Below, one piece after another: positions 1-9,998 of a stretch of DNA of 64,000 bases. The notes under the pieces are model-generated. The model had not been told where the DNA came from. It saw only the letters and a list, made by a program, of their open reading frames with translations, and did no database searches. Position 1 is the first letter of the stretch. Each line of letters begins with the position of its first letter. The DNA is from Longimicrobiales bacterium (lineage in GTDB: Bacteria > Gemmatimonadota > Gemmatimonadetes > Longimicrobiales > Gaopeijiaceae). Where the stretch lies: contig OZ241892.1 in assembly GCA_965203485.1 (NCBI GenBank), positions 2,080,001 through 2,144,000 of the forward strand, given 5' to 3'. The position numbers and the translations under genes were made by a program.

Positions 1-573
1 CGCCGCCGTCCGGCCGATGTCGGGGTCGTTGGGAGCCAGCTTGGCCAGCAGCGGACGCCCGGCAAGCGGCCGCACTTCGCCCAGCACCTCCTTCATCGCC
101 TCGGCGTCCAGGCTGACCGGCCGACCCCCCGTCCGGTCGTCGTTGGGGCAGGAGAGGTTGAGTTCGTAGCCCAGGAAGCCCTCCTCGCCCTCCAGGCCCC
201 GAACGACGGCCGCGTACTCGGCGGCCGACCGGCCCGCAACCGACACGAACACCGGCAACCCTCCGAGAGCCCGCCGCATCCACGGAAGCTTCTCGCGCCG
301 AACCGCGTCCAGGCCCGGGTTGGCCAGTCCCACCGAGTTGAGCATCCCGCCGCCGAACTCCGCGACGCGGGGCCCGGGAGCGCCGCCCCGGGGGCGAACG
401 GTCACCGACTTGGTGACCAACGCCCCCACTTCGGACGGCGACATGGTCGCCGCGACCGGTTCGCCGAAGCCGCAGGTGCCGGCGGCGAGCCAGACGCGGC
501 TGGAGAACTTCGCTCCAAACGCGGCGACTCCGGCGCCGCCCGGTTCGGCGGCCGTCTCCACGGCGAGGCTCAA
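1..573 (-). CDS. pyrD: dihydroorotate dehydrogenase (partial, runs off window start)
   Basis: Manual translation gives LAAGTCGFG, LVTKSVT, MLNSVGLANPG, YELNLSCPN and KLAPN. The TTG start overlaps the smpB stop; GTG 561 is an alternative. Confidence 0.9.
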   Translation of the reverse strand, partial: MSLAVETAAEPGGAGVAAFGAKFSSRVWLAAGTCGFGEPVAATMSPSEVGALVTKSVTVRPRGGAPGPRVAEFGGGMLNSVGLANPGLDAVRREKLPWMRRALGGLPVFVSVAGRSAAEYAAVVRGLEGEEGFLGYELNLSCPNDDRTGGRPVSLDAEAMKEVLGEVRPLAGRPLLAKLAPNDPDIGRTAA

Positions 574-1040
574 TCCCGTCCCTTCATGGCTCGCTCGGCC
601 TCCCGCTCCATCGTCTTGCGCTTCAGCTCCTCGCGCCGGTCCCGGCGCTTCTTGCCCCGGCACATCGCCAGCGTGACCTTGGCGACGCCACGCCGAAAAT
701 AGATGTCGAGCGGCACCAGCGTGAGTCCCTTCTCTTCCGTCTTGGCGGCGATGCGGCGGATCTGGTCGCGGTGCAGCAGCAGCTTGCGGGGGCGGTTCTC
801 GTCGTGGTTCCAGCGGTTGGCGCCTTCGTAGGGCGCGACGTGCAGGTTGTGAAGCCACAGCTCGCCCGCCGCGGCGCGCGCGTGGGCGTCCCGGAACGCG
901 ACTTTCCCGGTGCGCAACGACTTCACCTCGGTTCCGTGCAGGACCAAGCCGGCCTCCCAGGTGTCCAGGACTTCGTAGTCGTGGCGAGCCTTCCTGTTGC
1001 GGGCCACGACTCGCCGCGAGTGCGACGGCCGGCCGCTCAA
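570..1040 (-). CDS. smpB: SsrA-binding protein SmpB
   Basis: VARNRKARHDYE...EAGLVLHGTEVKSLR...RPRKLLLH...KGLTLVPL; TTG start overlaps the upstream TGA. Confidence 0.97.
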   Translation of the reverse strand: MSGRPSHSRRVVARNRKARHDYEVLDTWEAGLVLHGTEVKSLRTGKVAFRDAHARAAAGELWLHNLHVAPYEGANRWNHDENRPRKLLLHRDQIRRIAAKTEEKGLTLVPLDIYFRRGVAKVTLAMCRGKKRRDRREELKRKTMEREAERAMKGRD

Positions 1041-1825
1041 AAGATGAGGACGGGCGTCCCGACCTCGACCATGTGGTAGAGCTCTCGAGCCGCTTCGTTC
1101 GTCAGACGGATGCAACCGTGCGACACGCGGCGCCCGTCGGCGTCGGGAACCAGGATCAGGTCGGGCCGCTCGGTGCCGTGGATGGCGATTCCGTCGCCCA
1201 GATAGATGGCGGTGTTGCCCATCGCGCCCGGGATCCGCCGCGACCCGTGATCGGGGCTCGGAACGGGCACGCCGCGCTCGACGAAGTGCCAGTCCGGGGC
1301 AATCCAAACGGGATCCTTCTCCTTGCGGCGCACGCGAAAGAAGCCGCGCGGCGTGGAGAACGTCCAGCGCTGCCCGGCCCCGGCCAGGCGAAAGCCGGTG
1401 CCCGTGCCGGCCGGCGCCGACCACAGCAGGTCGCTGCCGTCCACCCAGTAGACCCGGCTCGTCTCCAGGTGCACGAGCACATGGGGGACGCCGAGCCCGG
1501 CCAGCGGCGACGCCAACGCCGTCAGCCCGTCGCCCGCGGGATCGCCGAAGAAGGCGATCTCCTCCTGCGCTGCCGCGACCGCCGGGACCCCGCAGAGGAC
1601 CAGAGGCGCCAGGACGGCGCCCCCGCGCTTGGCCAGGGGCACGGAACCCCCTCGCCCGGCGGACAGGGCGCTCGCCGGCGAGAGTCGGCCGTTCGGCGCC
1701 GTCGGCCAACGGCGCCGTCGGACTGCCCGGCGCATCCCAGCGCCAGAGCCGGCGCGTCTTGCGGCGAGCACGATCGTCCGGCCCAGGCGCAAGACATGCC
1801 CGCCGCGCGCCCGCCGCGCGCTCAT
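1037..1825 (-). CDS. L,D-transpeptidase (YkuD family)
   Basis: IAIHGT...VSHGCIRL...VEVGTPVLI catalytic motifs. The start is uncertain. Confidence 0.85.
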   Translation of the reverse strand: MSARRARGGHVLRLGRTIVLAARRAGSGAGMRRAVRRRRWPTAPNGRLSPASALSAGRGGSVPLAKRGGAVLAPLVLCGVPAVAAAQEEIAFFGDPAGDGLTALASPLAGLGVPHVLVHLETSRVYWVDGSDLLWSAPAGTGTGFRLAGAGQRWTFSTPRGFFRVRRKEKDPVWIAPDWHFVERGVPVPSPDHGSRRIPGAMGNTAIYLGDGIAIHGTERPDLILVPDADGRRVSHGCIRLTNEAARELYHMVEVGTPVLIF

Positions 1826-2472
1826 CCTCCCCGCGCTTCCCAGTCGGCCAAGAAGCTACGGATGCCCCGGTCGGTGAGCGGGTGCTTCATCGCCTGCTGC
1901 AGCACCTTCAACGGGCACGTGGCGACGTGCGCGCCGGCCAAGGCCGACTCGATCACGTGGCGGGGGTGGCGGATGGAGGCGGCCAGGATGCGCGTCTCGA
2001 TCCGCGGATTCTGCTCGAAGACCGCCGCGATCTCGCGGATGAGGTCCATGCCGTCTTGCGATGCGTCGTCGAGCCTTCCCACAAACGGCGACACCACGAA
2101 CGCGCCCGCCAAGGCGGCGAAGAGCGCTTGGTTGGCATTGAAGACCAGCGTCACGTTGCAACGGATGCCGCGCTCGCGCAGGCGCGACACGGCCTCCAGT
2201 CCCGCGGGCGTGCTCGGCACCTTGACGATCACGTTCGGATGCCACGCGGCGTATTCGACGCCCTCGTCGACCATCCCGTCGGCATCCTCCGACACGGTCT
2301 CGGCGCTGATCGGGCCGTCCACGAGGGTCGCGATCTCCTTGATCGTCTCCTCGAAGCCCGCCCCCTCTTCACGGGCCAGAAGGGACGGGTTCGTAGTGAC
2401 GCCGCTCAGAATCCCCCAGCGAGCGGCGGTCCGGATCTCGTCCAGGTTCGCCGTATCAAGAAAGATTTCCAC
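1822..2472 (-). CDS. fsa: transaldolase / fructose-6-phosphate aldolase
   Basis: [45 protein letters not shown]. Confidence 0.95.
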   Translation of the reverse strand: MEIFLDTANLDEIRTAARWGILSGVTTNPSLLAREEGAGFEETIKEIATLVDGPISAETVSEDADGMVDEGVEYAAWHPNVIVKVPSTPAGLEAVSRLRERGIRCNVTLVFNANQALFAALAGAFVVSPFVGRLDDASQDGMDLIREIAAVFEQNPRIETRILAASIRHPRHVIESALAGAHVATCPLKVLQQAMKHPLTDRGIRSFLADWEARGG

Positions 2473-2508
2473 GACGCTTCCTTCCGGACGCGCGGGTGCG
2501 CCTTCGGG

Positions 2509-2916
2509 TCAGGCGCCCGGTTCGGGTTCGGCGGAATCCTCCGGTCGGCGGCCGTCCTCGCGGTCGCCGGCCCGCGCGTCGGCGGCCCCGGCCCGGTAGG
2601 CGGCCTTCGACCGCTCCAGCTTGTCCTCCAAGTCCGCCCGCGCGTCGGCGGCCAGCCTCTTGCCCTGCTCCACGACGCCCTTCGCCGACTCCACGCGCAG
2701 GCCCAGGTCCTCTCGCAGGCCCTTCATGCGGTCCTCCGTCAGGCTCCGCAGGCGCTTGGCCTGTTCCTTGAGGCGGCGCTGCGTGTCTTCGCCGGAGCCG
2801 GGAGCCAGCAGGAGAGCGACGGCCGCACCCACCAGAGCGCCCAGGAGGAAGGCACCGATCTCGGAGCGTCCGTCCTTCTCCACGACGACCGTTCGCTGGC
2901 CTTCTTCGGCGCTCAC
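2509..2916 (-). CDS. YtxH domain-containing protein
   Basis: GAFLLGALVGAAVALLLAPGSGEDTQRRL followed by a helical tail; GTG start at 2916. Confidence 0.85.
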   Translation of the reverse strand: MSAEEGQRTVVVEKDGRSEIGAFLLGALVGAAVALLLAPGSGEDTQRRLKEQAKRLRSLTEDRMKGLREDLGLRVESAKGVVEQGKRLAADARADLEDKLERSKAAYRAGAADARAGDREDGRRPEDSAEPEPGA

Positions 2917-3011
2917 GTATCGACGGCCTCGGCCTTGGTGACCTCGCGCCCTGCGGCCCTCTCCAGGATGTCCTTCCACGAGGCCAGAAGCCGCCGGTTC
3001 ACGCCCCTCAC
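2913..3011 (-). CDS. putative 32-aa small protein
   Basis: Translates as MRGVNRRLLASWKDILERAAGREVTKAEAVDT, with GTGA overlaps to both neighbours and a purine-rich AGGGGGG upstream. Confidence 0.4.
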   Translation of the reverse strand: MRGVNRRLLASWKDILERAAGREVTKAEAVDT

Positions 3012-3094
3012 GAGTCCCCCCTGTCTTGAGTCAGTCGGTACACCACGACCGCGAACACGATGCACATCACCGAGGCCATCAGTCCAGGCAACAT
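3008..3094 (-). CDS. putative 28-aa single-TM small protein
   Basis: MLPGLMASVMCIVFAVVVYRLTQDRGDS, preceded by a GGAGG RBS; hydrophobic core. Confidence 0.5.
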   Translation of the reverse strand: MLPGLMASVMCIVFAVVVYRLTQDRGDS

Positions 3095-3474
3095 TACGAT
3101 ACCCTCCGTATCACCGTCCCGCATCCCACGGGTCCCGGGCCGACGGCGCCGACGCTTGGAATCTAACCGCGCCCATCCGCGACCAACAGGAAGGGCTCCG
3201 CGCGCGCCCGCCTTATTCCAAGTTCGGTCTCCATCGCCAAATAAGAGGTATCCATATTCAAGGTTGGGCCGCCAGGATGCAATACGCGGCAGGACGGCGC
3301 GGTGCACAGGGACGTCGCCGACGCTCGCCGACTCCGGCAGTCGAACCGCCAAGATGCTTCGGCCCCGGGTGCGGTCGCAGGGGCGAGGCGGCCTCGCGAG
3401 TCGGCGCGCAACGCGTCCGCGCTTCCAGCCGCGCCCGCGGCGGTTGGCGGCCAGCCCCAAAAGGGCCGCCGCGC

Positions 3475-5019
3475 TCAGACCTGCCAGCGGGGATCCGGCG
3501 GCGCGACGCGCAACGCCTCGTCCTCGGACGCGCCCAGCAACTCGCGGGCGATCCTCTTGCCCAGTTCCACGCCGGGCTGGTTCAGCGGATCGACGCCGTA
3601 GAGCGAACCGGCGTAGGCGACGGCGATCTGGAACAGCATCAAGAGTCCGCCCAGCGAGCGGGCGTTCAGCGCGTCCACCGCCACGGTCATGTTCAGGCGC
3701 CCCGACCGGCGGAGCGCGTCGGCGGTCGCCCTTCGCCCGCCGTCCAGCAGCTGGAAGAGGTTGCGGTCCTGCAGGTACGACGTAGCCGCTTCGCGCGGAA
3801 ACGCGGCGGGCACGGCCACCACGTCTTCGTCCGGCGACCGGCAGGCCACGAACACAACGACCTTGTCGCGCGGCCCCTCCATGAGGAGCTGGACGACCGA
3901 ATGCTGGTCCGTCGCGCCTACCGCGGGAAGGGGCGTCGGCCCCGTCTCGACCACAGCGCCGCTCCTGTCGAGCGCCTTGCCCAGCGATTCGGCCCAGAGT
4001 TGCTGAAACCACGCCGCGAACCAGCGCAGGCGGTCCGCGTACGGCATCAGGACGTGGACGCTCGCGCCCCCTTCGGCGTGGGCCGCGTGCAGCAAGGTGG
4101 CGATCATGCCCGCCGGGTTGTCGCGGAGAACCGGCGTGGCGCACCGGAGCGCCATCTCCCCCGCCCCATCAAGCAACTCGCGCACGTCCACGCCGACGGC
4201 GGCCGCCGGCATCAGGCCCGCGGACGACAGCGCGGAGAACCGGCCGCCCACGTTGTCGGGCGCGGGCAACCATGTGGCGCCCAAGTCGCGCGCGAGCCTG
4301 CGGAGCGGACCGGCGCGCCCCGTAGTGACCACGAGCCGCCTGCCCGCGTCTTCGCCCGCCGCCCGCCGCAACCGCTCCCAGGCGACCATGAAGTTGGCCA
4401 TCGTCTCGGCGGTCGCGCCCGACTTGCTGACGACGTTGATCGCCGTGCTGTGCAAGTCGAGCCGGGCGAGCAAGCCGGAGACCGTCGCAGGATCCGGGTT
4501 GTCGAGGACATAGAGCCGGGGGCGAGGGAAGACGGGATGCCGGCCGCGCGGCGCGGCCCCCGCTGGTGCGCTCGCCGCCGCGCGCGCGGCCGCATCCATT
4601 TCGTTCCAGAACGGCGGCAGAAGGGCGCCCCCGAGGGCCTTCGCGCCCACGGCCGAACCGCCGATTCCGATCACGACCAGCGCGTCGAAGCGGCGCACGG
4701 CCCGGGCCGCGGCGAGCGCGGCCGCGACCGCCGCTCGGTCGGACGGAACGTCGAAGAACGCCATCTCGCCGGTGGCGCGCCGGCCCTCCACGTCGTCGAA
4801 CGCGCCCCGAAAGCGGCCGGCCAAGTCGCCCCTGCCCGCCAGCCGCTGCGAGTCGAAACCGCCGGGACCCTCCAGGACGCCCGCCAGCATGTTTCCGTAG
4901 TCCACCGAGACGGCGCGCTGGTCGGCGGCGGCCGGCGCGGAGGCGGCGCTCGATCCCCCCGCGCCCGGATCCGGCCCGGACCCGGACGTCGTCGCGGCGT
5001 CCACGCGTCCGGCCGTCAC
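3475..5019 (-). CDS. pgi: glucose-6-phosphate isomerase
   Basis: IGIGGS, SKSGATAET, VGGRFSALS, QLWAESLGK, GATDQHS, DPLNQPGVELGK. GTG overlaps the upstream stop; the exact start is uncertain. Confidence 0.93.
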   Translation of the reverse strand: MTAGRVDAATTSGSGPDPGAGGSSAASAPAAADQRAVSVDYGNMLAGVLEGPGGFDSQRLAGRGDLAGRFRGAFDDVEGRRATGEMAFFDVPSDRAAVAAALAAARAVRRFDALVVIGIGGSAVGAKALGGALLPPFWNEMDAAARAAASAPAGAAPRGRHPVFPRPRLYVLDNPDPATVSGLLARLDLHSTAINVVSKSGATAETMANFMVAWERLRRAAGEDAGRRLVVTTGRAGPLRRLARDLGATWLPAPDNVGGRFSALSSAGLMPAAAVGVDVRELLDGAGEMALRCATPVLRDNPAGMIATLLHAAHAEGGASVHVLMPYADRLRWFAAWFQQLWAESLGKALDRSGAVVETGPTPLPAVGATDQHSVVQLLMEGPRDKVVVFVACRSPDEDVVAVPAAFPREAATSYLQDRNLFQLLDGGRRATADALRRSGRLNMTVAVDALNARSLGGLLMLFQIAVAYAGSLYGVDPLNQPGVELGKRIARELLGASEDEALRVAPPDPRWQV

Positions 5020-5795
5020 GCCACGTCCACGGCGAGCCCGTCGAAGGCCGGTTCGATGCCCGCGGGCAACGCCGCGGCGAGTTCGGCGTACCCTAGCCGG
5101 TGCGTCAGGTGCGTCAGGAAGGTTCGCCGCGCACCCACCGCACGGGCCGCGGCGACGGCCTCTTCCACGTTGAAGTGGGTCGGATGCGGATTGCCCCACC
5201 AGAGGGCGTTCAGCACCAGCACGTCCACTCCGCTCAGGATGTCGAGAGCGTCGGGAGGCAGTCCCTTGGCGTCGGTCACGTAGCCGAGGCCGGCCGCGCG
5301 GAGGCCGAAGGCGTGCCCCGGCCCGTGCGGAACGCGAAACGGCACCACGCGGGTGCCCAGCACGGTCTCGGGCCGACCGTGCGCGTAGGTCTTCAGCGCG
5401 ATGCGGGGCTTGGTCGTGCCGTCCGGGACTCGCACGCGGTCGTCGAAGATGTAGGGGAACCGCCCCGCGATCTCGGCCTCCGCGCCGTCGGGAAGGTAGG
5501 CCGGGACCGGGCCGCGCCCCTGCGTCGAGAAGACGCGAACGTCGTCGATGCCGTGGACGTGGTCCGCGTGCAGGTGCGTGTACCAGACCGCGCCCACGCT
5601 GGCGACGCCGGCCGCGAGGAGTTGCAGGCGAAGCTCGGGCGGCGTGTCGATCAGCAGGTTGCCGCCGCCGAGCTCCACCAGCGCGCCGTGGCGCGTGCGC
5701 TTGTCTCGGGGATCGTCCGACAGGCAGTTGGCGCAGTCGCACCCGATCACCGGAACGCCGAACGACGTCCCCGTCCCGAGGAACGTCAGACGCAC
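5016..5795 (-). CDS. MBL-fold metallo-hydrolase (PhnP/YcfH-like)
   Basis: LGTGTSFGVPVIGCDC, THLHADHVHGIDD, THLTH. Confidence 0.9.
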   Translation of the reverse strand: MRLTFLGTGTSFGVPVIGCDCANCLSDDPRDKRTRHGALVELGGGNLLIDTPPELRLQLLAAGVASVGAVWYTHLHADHVHGIDDVRVFSTQGRGPVPAYLPDGAEAEIAGRFPYIFDDRVRVPDGTTKPRIALKTYAHGRPETVLGTRVVPFRVPHGPGHAFGLRAAGLGYVTDAKGLPPDALDILSGVDVLVLNALWWGNPHPTHFNVEEAVAAARAVGARRTFLTHLTHRLGYAELAAALPAGIEPAFDGLAVDVA

Positions 5796-5832
5796 GCGCT
5801 TGCCGTCCTCCCGACCCGTCCGCTTCGGCTGG

Positions 5833-7251
5833 TCAGAGCTGCTCCACCCGCATCGTGTTGGTCGAGCCCGGCCGGTGGAACGGGAGGCCCGAAGTCACGA
5901 CTACGGGGTCGCCCCGCCGGCCCGCGCCCGCGTCCACCACCACGCGCTTGCCGAAGTCCGTCAGGTTCTGGTACGTCACCTCCCCCTCTTCGGCCAGCAC
6001 CGCGCGCACGCCCCACACGCCGTTCAGCTGCCGGCAGACCTTGCCGTCGGTGCAGACCGAGAAGATCGGCGTCGCGGGCCGGTAGGACGAGACAAGCTTG
6101 GCCGAGAAGCCGCTGCGCGTGATGACGACGATCGCGGGTGCGCCCAGGTCGGCCGCGGAGCGCACCGACGAGGCCGCCACGGCGTGCTCCGTGAGCGAAG
6201 CGCCGCGCCGCTGAACGGGTCCCGCCGCCGACAGGTAATGCGGTCCCTTCTCGAGCACTCCGCTGCCTTCGATCTCTGCGGCGATGCGCACCATCGTCTC
6301 CACCGCCGCCACGGGATGCTTGCCGACGGCCGTCTCGCCGGACAGCATCAGCGCGTCCGTGCCGTCCAGGATCGCGTTGGCCACGTCGGACGTCTCGGCC
6401 CGGGTCGGGCTCGGGAACTCGGTCATCGACTCGAGCATCTGCGTGGCGGTGACGACCGGGCATGCGTATCCGTTGGCCGCCTGGATGACGCGCTTCTGCG
6501 ACAGCGGCACCGACGCGAACGGCAACTCCACGCCCAAGTCTCCGCGCGCCACCATGACCGCGTCGCTGTACGCCAGGATGCCGTCCAGCTCGTCGAGCGC
6601 GCCCGCCTTCTCGATCTTCGCGACGAGCCAAGCCCGCCCCGCCAAGCGCCTGCGCAGGTCCTCCACGTCGCGATGCGTGCGGACGAACGAGAGGCACACG
6701 TACTCCGCGTCCACCTCGAACGCCAACTCCAGGTCGGCCGCGTCCTTCTCCGTCACCGACGGCGTGCTCAGGTCCACGTTGGGCAGGTTGATCCCCTTGC
6801 GGCTCCGCAGCACGCCTCCGCGCACCACCTCGAAGCTGGCCCGCGCGCCGTCCGTGGCCGTGCATTGGAGCTCCATGAGTCCGTCGTCGAGGAGCAGCTG
6901 CGCCCCGGGGGCCACCTCCTCCGCAAGCGCCGCGTAGCTCGTCGGGATGTCGCCCGGCCCGCAGGCGTCCTCCGGCGCGATCGTCACCTCGGCGCCGACC
7001 GGCAGCTCCAGCGGCCCGGCGAGGTCGCCGATGCGAAGCTTGGGGCCCTGCAGGTCGATCATCAGAGCCACGGGGCGGTTCTCGGTGCGCGCCGCCTCGC
7101 GAACCAAGCCAACGGCGCGCCGGTGGCCCTCGTGGCCGCCGTGCGACATGTTGATGCGGGCCACGTTCATCCCTGCGCGCACCATGGCGGCCAGCACGTC
7201 CGGCTTCGCGCTCGCCGGGCCGATCGTGGCGATGATCTTGGTCCTGATCAT
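5833..7251 (-). CDS. pyk: pyruvate kinase
   Basis: RTKIIATIGP, DLQGPKLR, MVARGDLGVE, ATQMLESM, MLSGETA. Confidence 0.97.
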   Translation of the reverse strand: MIRTKIIATIGPASAKPDVLAAMVRAGMNVARINMSHGGHEGHRRAVGLVREAARTENRPVALMIDLQGPKLRIGDLAGPLELPVGAEVTIAPEDACGPGDIPTSYAALAEEVAPGAQLLLDDGLMELQCTATDGARASFEVVRGGVLRSRKGINLPNVDLSTPSVTEKDAADLELAFEVDAEYVCLSFVRTHRDVEDLRRRLAGRAWLVAKIEKAGALDELDGILAYSDAVMVARGDLGVELPFASVPLSQKRVIQAANGYACPVVTATQMLESMTEFPSPTRAETSDVANAILDGTDALMLSGETAVGKHPVAAVETMVRIAAEIEGSGVLEKGPHYLSAAGPVQRRGASLTEHAVAASSVRSAADLGAPAIVVITRSGFSAKLVSSYRPATPIFSVCTDGKVCRQLNGVWGVRAVLAEEGEVTYQNLTDFGKRVVVDAGAGRRGDPVVVTSGLPFHRPGSTNTMRVEQL

Positions 7252-7602
7252 GAAGGAGCCGCCTAGCGGCGCGGGGGCTGCAAGCGTGGCGCGGGTCCTG
7301 CGAAGTGCGCGTCCGGATGGCCGCCGCCTTCCGGGGCTACGAAAGTAAGTTACGATTCGGCTTTCCGCCCGGCGCGCGCTGCGGCCGGCGCTGTTGCAGG
7401 CCTTGCCGCCGCCGGAGGCCGCGCCAAGGGGCGCCGTCGCGACGCGCATCGACCGAACGCCTGCACGGCGCCGGACCCGCCCCTGGGGGCCAGCGTCCAG
7501 GAGGGGGACGGGTGTCGCCGCCGCCTGCGGAACGCACGCCGTGCCAGCACCGCGCGGACCGTCCCGCTACCCTTCCATGGCTTCGCGCCGATACGATCCG
7601 TC

Positions 7603-8748
7603 ATGCATCCCGTCACTCTCGTGGATTCCCCCGCCGGGGCGGAAGACGTGCGGCGGCGGCTGGCCGACGCCGACGCCGTGGCCGTGGACTGCGAGGCTGC
7701 CGGCTTCCACCGCTATTCCGACCGGCTGTGCCTGGTTCAGGTCTCCGTCGCCGCCCGGACGTTCGTGCTCGATCCGCTCGCCGCGCCCTTGGAGGACTGT
7801 CTCAGGGCCAGCTTGGAGGACCCGGAGACGGCCGTCGTCATGCACGGCGCCTCGTTCGACGTGCGGCTGCTCCGGCGGGACTTGGGAGTTGCCGTGGCGG
7901 GCCTCGTGGACACGCAGGTCCTCGCCTCCTTCGCCGGCGAGCCCGCGGTGGGCCTGCAATCCCTCCTGGAGGCGCGGCTCGGCGTGCGCGTCTCGAAGAA
8001 GTTCCAGCGTGCGGACTGGGCGGCGAGACCGCTCAGCCGCGAGATGATCGACTACGCCGCCGGCGACACCTGCCATCTGCACCGCTTGGCCGAGGCGCTG
8101 GGCGAGTCCGTGCGCAAGAAGGGCCGCGAACTTTGGGCGGACGAGGAGTGCCGCCGCATCGAGCGGGCCGCCGCGCAACCGGAGGAAGAGAAGGACGTCG
8201 ATCCCGTGACGCGCGTGAAGGGCGCAAGCAAGCTGGACGACCGGTCGCTCACGGCGCTTAGGGCGGCGCTTCGCTGGCGGGACGGAATCGCCAGGTCGTG
8301 GGACCGCGCGCCGTTTCGCGTCGCGAGCGACCAAGCGCTGCTGGCCGCCGTGGAGACCCGCCCAGCCGGCAGCGAATCGCTGGCGGGCGTGCCCGGCTTT
8401 CCGCGGAGACTGGCCCGCGGCCCGCGGGGCGCCGAGCTGCTGAGGACGCTGCGGAAGATCGAGAGGGCGCCCGAGGAGACGCTCGTCCCCTATCCGCAGC
8501 CGCCTCGCCGGCCAAATGGAAGACGGGAGCGGCCGGACGAAGCCGTGATGGACCGCCTCAAGGCCGCCCGGAACCGAGCCGCGGACAAGCTGGGCCTGGA
8601 GCGCGGGCGCCTCGTGGCCAACGACGTTCTGCGGGCGGTCGCCGTGGCGCGTCCCTGCGACTTGGGGGCGCTGGAGCGAGTGCCCGGGGTGCGGCGGTGG
8701 CAGGTGGAAGCGCTCGGCGAGCAGATGCTGGCGGCGTTGGGCGAGTAG
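7603..8748 (+). CDS. rnd: ribonuclease D (DEDD exonuclease + HRDC)
   Basis: AVDCEAAGFHRY, LCLVQ, DTQV, QRADWAARPL, YAAGD, C-terminal HRDC-like domains. Confidence 0.88.
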   Translation: MHPVTLVDSPAGAEDVRRRLADADAVAVDCEAAGFHRYSDRLCLVQVSVAARTFVLDPLAAPLEDCLRASLEDPETAVVMHGASFDVRLLRRDLGVAVAGLVDTQVLASFAGEPAVGLQSLLEARLGVRVSKKFQRADWAARPLSREMIDYAAGDTCHLHRLAEALGESVRKKGRELWADEECRRIERAAAQPEEEKDVDPVTRVKGASKLDDRSLTALRAALRWRDGIARSWDRAPFRVASDQALLAAVETRPAGSESLAGVPGFPRRLARGPRGAELLRTLRKIERAPEETLVPYPQPPRRPNGRRERPDEAVMDRLKAARNRAADKLGLERGRLVANDVLRAVAVARPCDLGALERVPGVRRWQVEALGEQMLAALGE

Positions 8749-8778
8749 CGCGAAACCGAGTTCTCGCTCGCTCCCGGG

Positions 8779-9225
8779 TCAGCCGCCGGACGCCTCCAGT
8801 TCGCGCTTGTACTCGATGCAGTAGCGCGCGTGCGGGAGCGCGTCGAGCCTCCGAAAGCTGATGGGCTTCCCGGTCGCGTGGCAACGGCCGAAGTTGTTCG
8901 GATCGTCGCGCAGACGCCGCAACGCTTCTTCGATCCGGTAGAGGTAGCGGCCTTCCTTGGTGGCGAAGAGCGCGGCCTTCTCGCGCTCCATGGCTTCGGT
9001 CCCCTGGTCGGCCATGTGGTCCGTGTAGGTCGCCAAGTCGGTGTCGCCGCCCGCGCCGGCCCGCGCCTCCTTCGCGAACCGGCCCAAGCCTCGGAGCGCC
9101 TTCTCCCGCTCTTCCCGAAGCCGCGTCTCCAGGTGCGCAAGCTGCTCCTTGGTCAAGAGGGCGCCCTCGTCCTTGCTGGACGCACGGGTCTCCTCGTTTC
9201 GCTTGGCAGTTCTTGCGGCCGCCAT
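8779..9225 (-). CDS. TraR/DksA family transcription factor
   Basis: DHMADQGT coiled-coil tip; FGRCHATGKPISFRRLDALPHARYCIEYK. Confidence 0.88.
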   Translation of the reverse strand: MAAARTAKRNEETRASSKDEGALLTKEQLAHLETRLREEREKALRGLGRFAKEARAGAGGDTDLATYTDHMADQGTEAMEREKAALFATKEGRYLYRIEEALRRLRDDPNNFGRCHATGKPISFRRLDALPHARYCIEYKRELEASGG

Positions 9226-9554
9226 GGGCGCCTCCCGTTGTTCTCGCGCCGTCTGCCCCGGCCCGGCCCGCGAGGGCGCGGACGCCGACCGCGACGCGAA
9301 GCGCCTTGAATCTAGCCGGAGCGGCGCAACGAGGCCAACGCGGGGCGCGAGCGCCGCGCGGCCGGCCCGCCGTCGGCTCGACGACCGCGCGACCGGACTT
9401 CCCGAACAGACCAGGGCGGACCTAGACTGTCGGGGTCGGCGCCGCCGGCGAAGGGCTGGCCAAGCATTCCGCCCACCGGCTGGGCTCCTCTCGCGGGCCC
9501 GCCGCCGCCGTTCTCGACGGCAGCCGCCCCGCGCCGCCTTCGCCAGGAGCAACC

Positions 9555-9857
9555 GTGAACACCGTCGCTTGCCGCCGCCACCCCGAGACCCCGGGGCCCG
9601 CCATGGCCGCGCCCCCGTTTCGGTCCGGTCTCGGCGAACGCATCCAGCGCGAAATCTGCGACCGGTGCTGGAAGGACTGGCTACAGCACCAGACGTTGCT
9701 GATCAACCACTTCGGACTCGATCCCAGGAAGCGCGAGGCCCGCGAATTCCTCTACGGCCAAGTCAAGGCGGTCCTGTTCGGCGAAGGCGACGCCGCGACG
9801 ATCGACTCGTCGATGCAGGGCACGATCGGGCCGCCCCCGACAGGCTCTGGGTCATGA
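9555..9857 (+). CDS. oxidative damage protection / Fe(II)-trafficking protein (YggX family)
   Basis: LGERIQREICDRCWKDWLQHQTLLINHFGLD; AGGAG RBS. Confidence 0.88.
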   Translation: MNTVACRRHPETPGPAMAAPPFRSGLGERIQREICDRCWKDWLQHQTLLINHFGLDPRKREAREFLYGQVKAVLFGEGDAATIDSSMQGTIGPPPTGSGS

Positions 9858-9998
9858 CATGACGACCTGCGCGTCCCCAGCGCGGCCGATCGCCTTTGTT
9901 GATCCGCTTCGAGACCCCGGCTAGACTTCGCCCTGCTGGTTTCGCCCGGTTCGGCAGTCGCTTCACGTGAACGTTCCTCCCGAGAAGGAGCATGGCGG

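Noticed and set aside
570..1040. tmRNA (ssrA) beside smpB
   Set aside because: smpB overlaps coding genes on both sides, and no tRNA-like ends were seen.
1759..5283. Very long plus-strand ORF (1174 aa) and similar shadow ORFs, e.g. 18048-20531, 38292-40466, and 51917-56020 upstream of 55238
   Set aside because: These are antisense or alternate-frame ORFs over well-supported genes, expected in GC-rich DNA; they are Arg/Ala/Pro-rich and lack motifs.
9858..9998. Riboswitch upstream of the TonB-dependent receptor
   Set aside because: No cobalamin or TPP consensus was recognised and the leader is short; an Rfam scan would be needed to exclude one formally.
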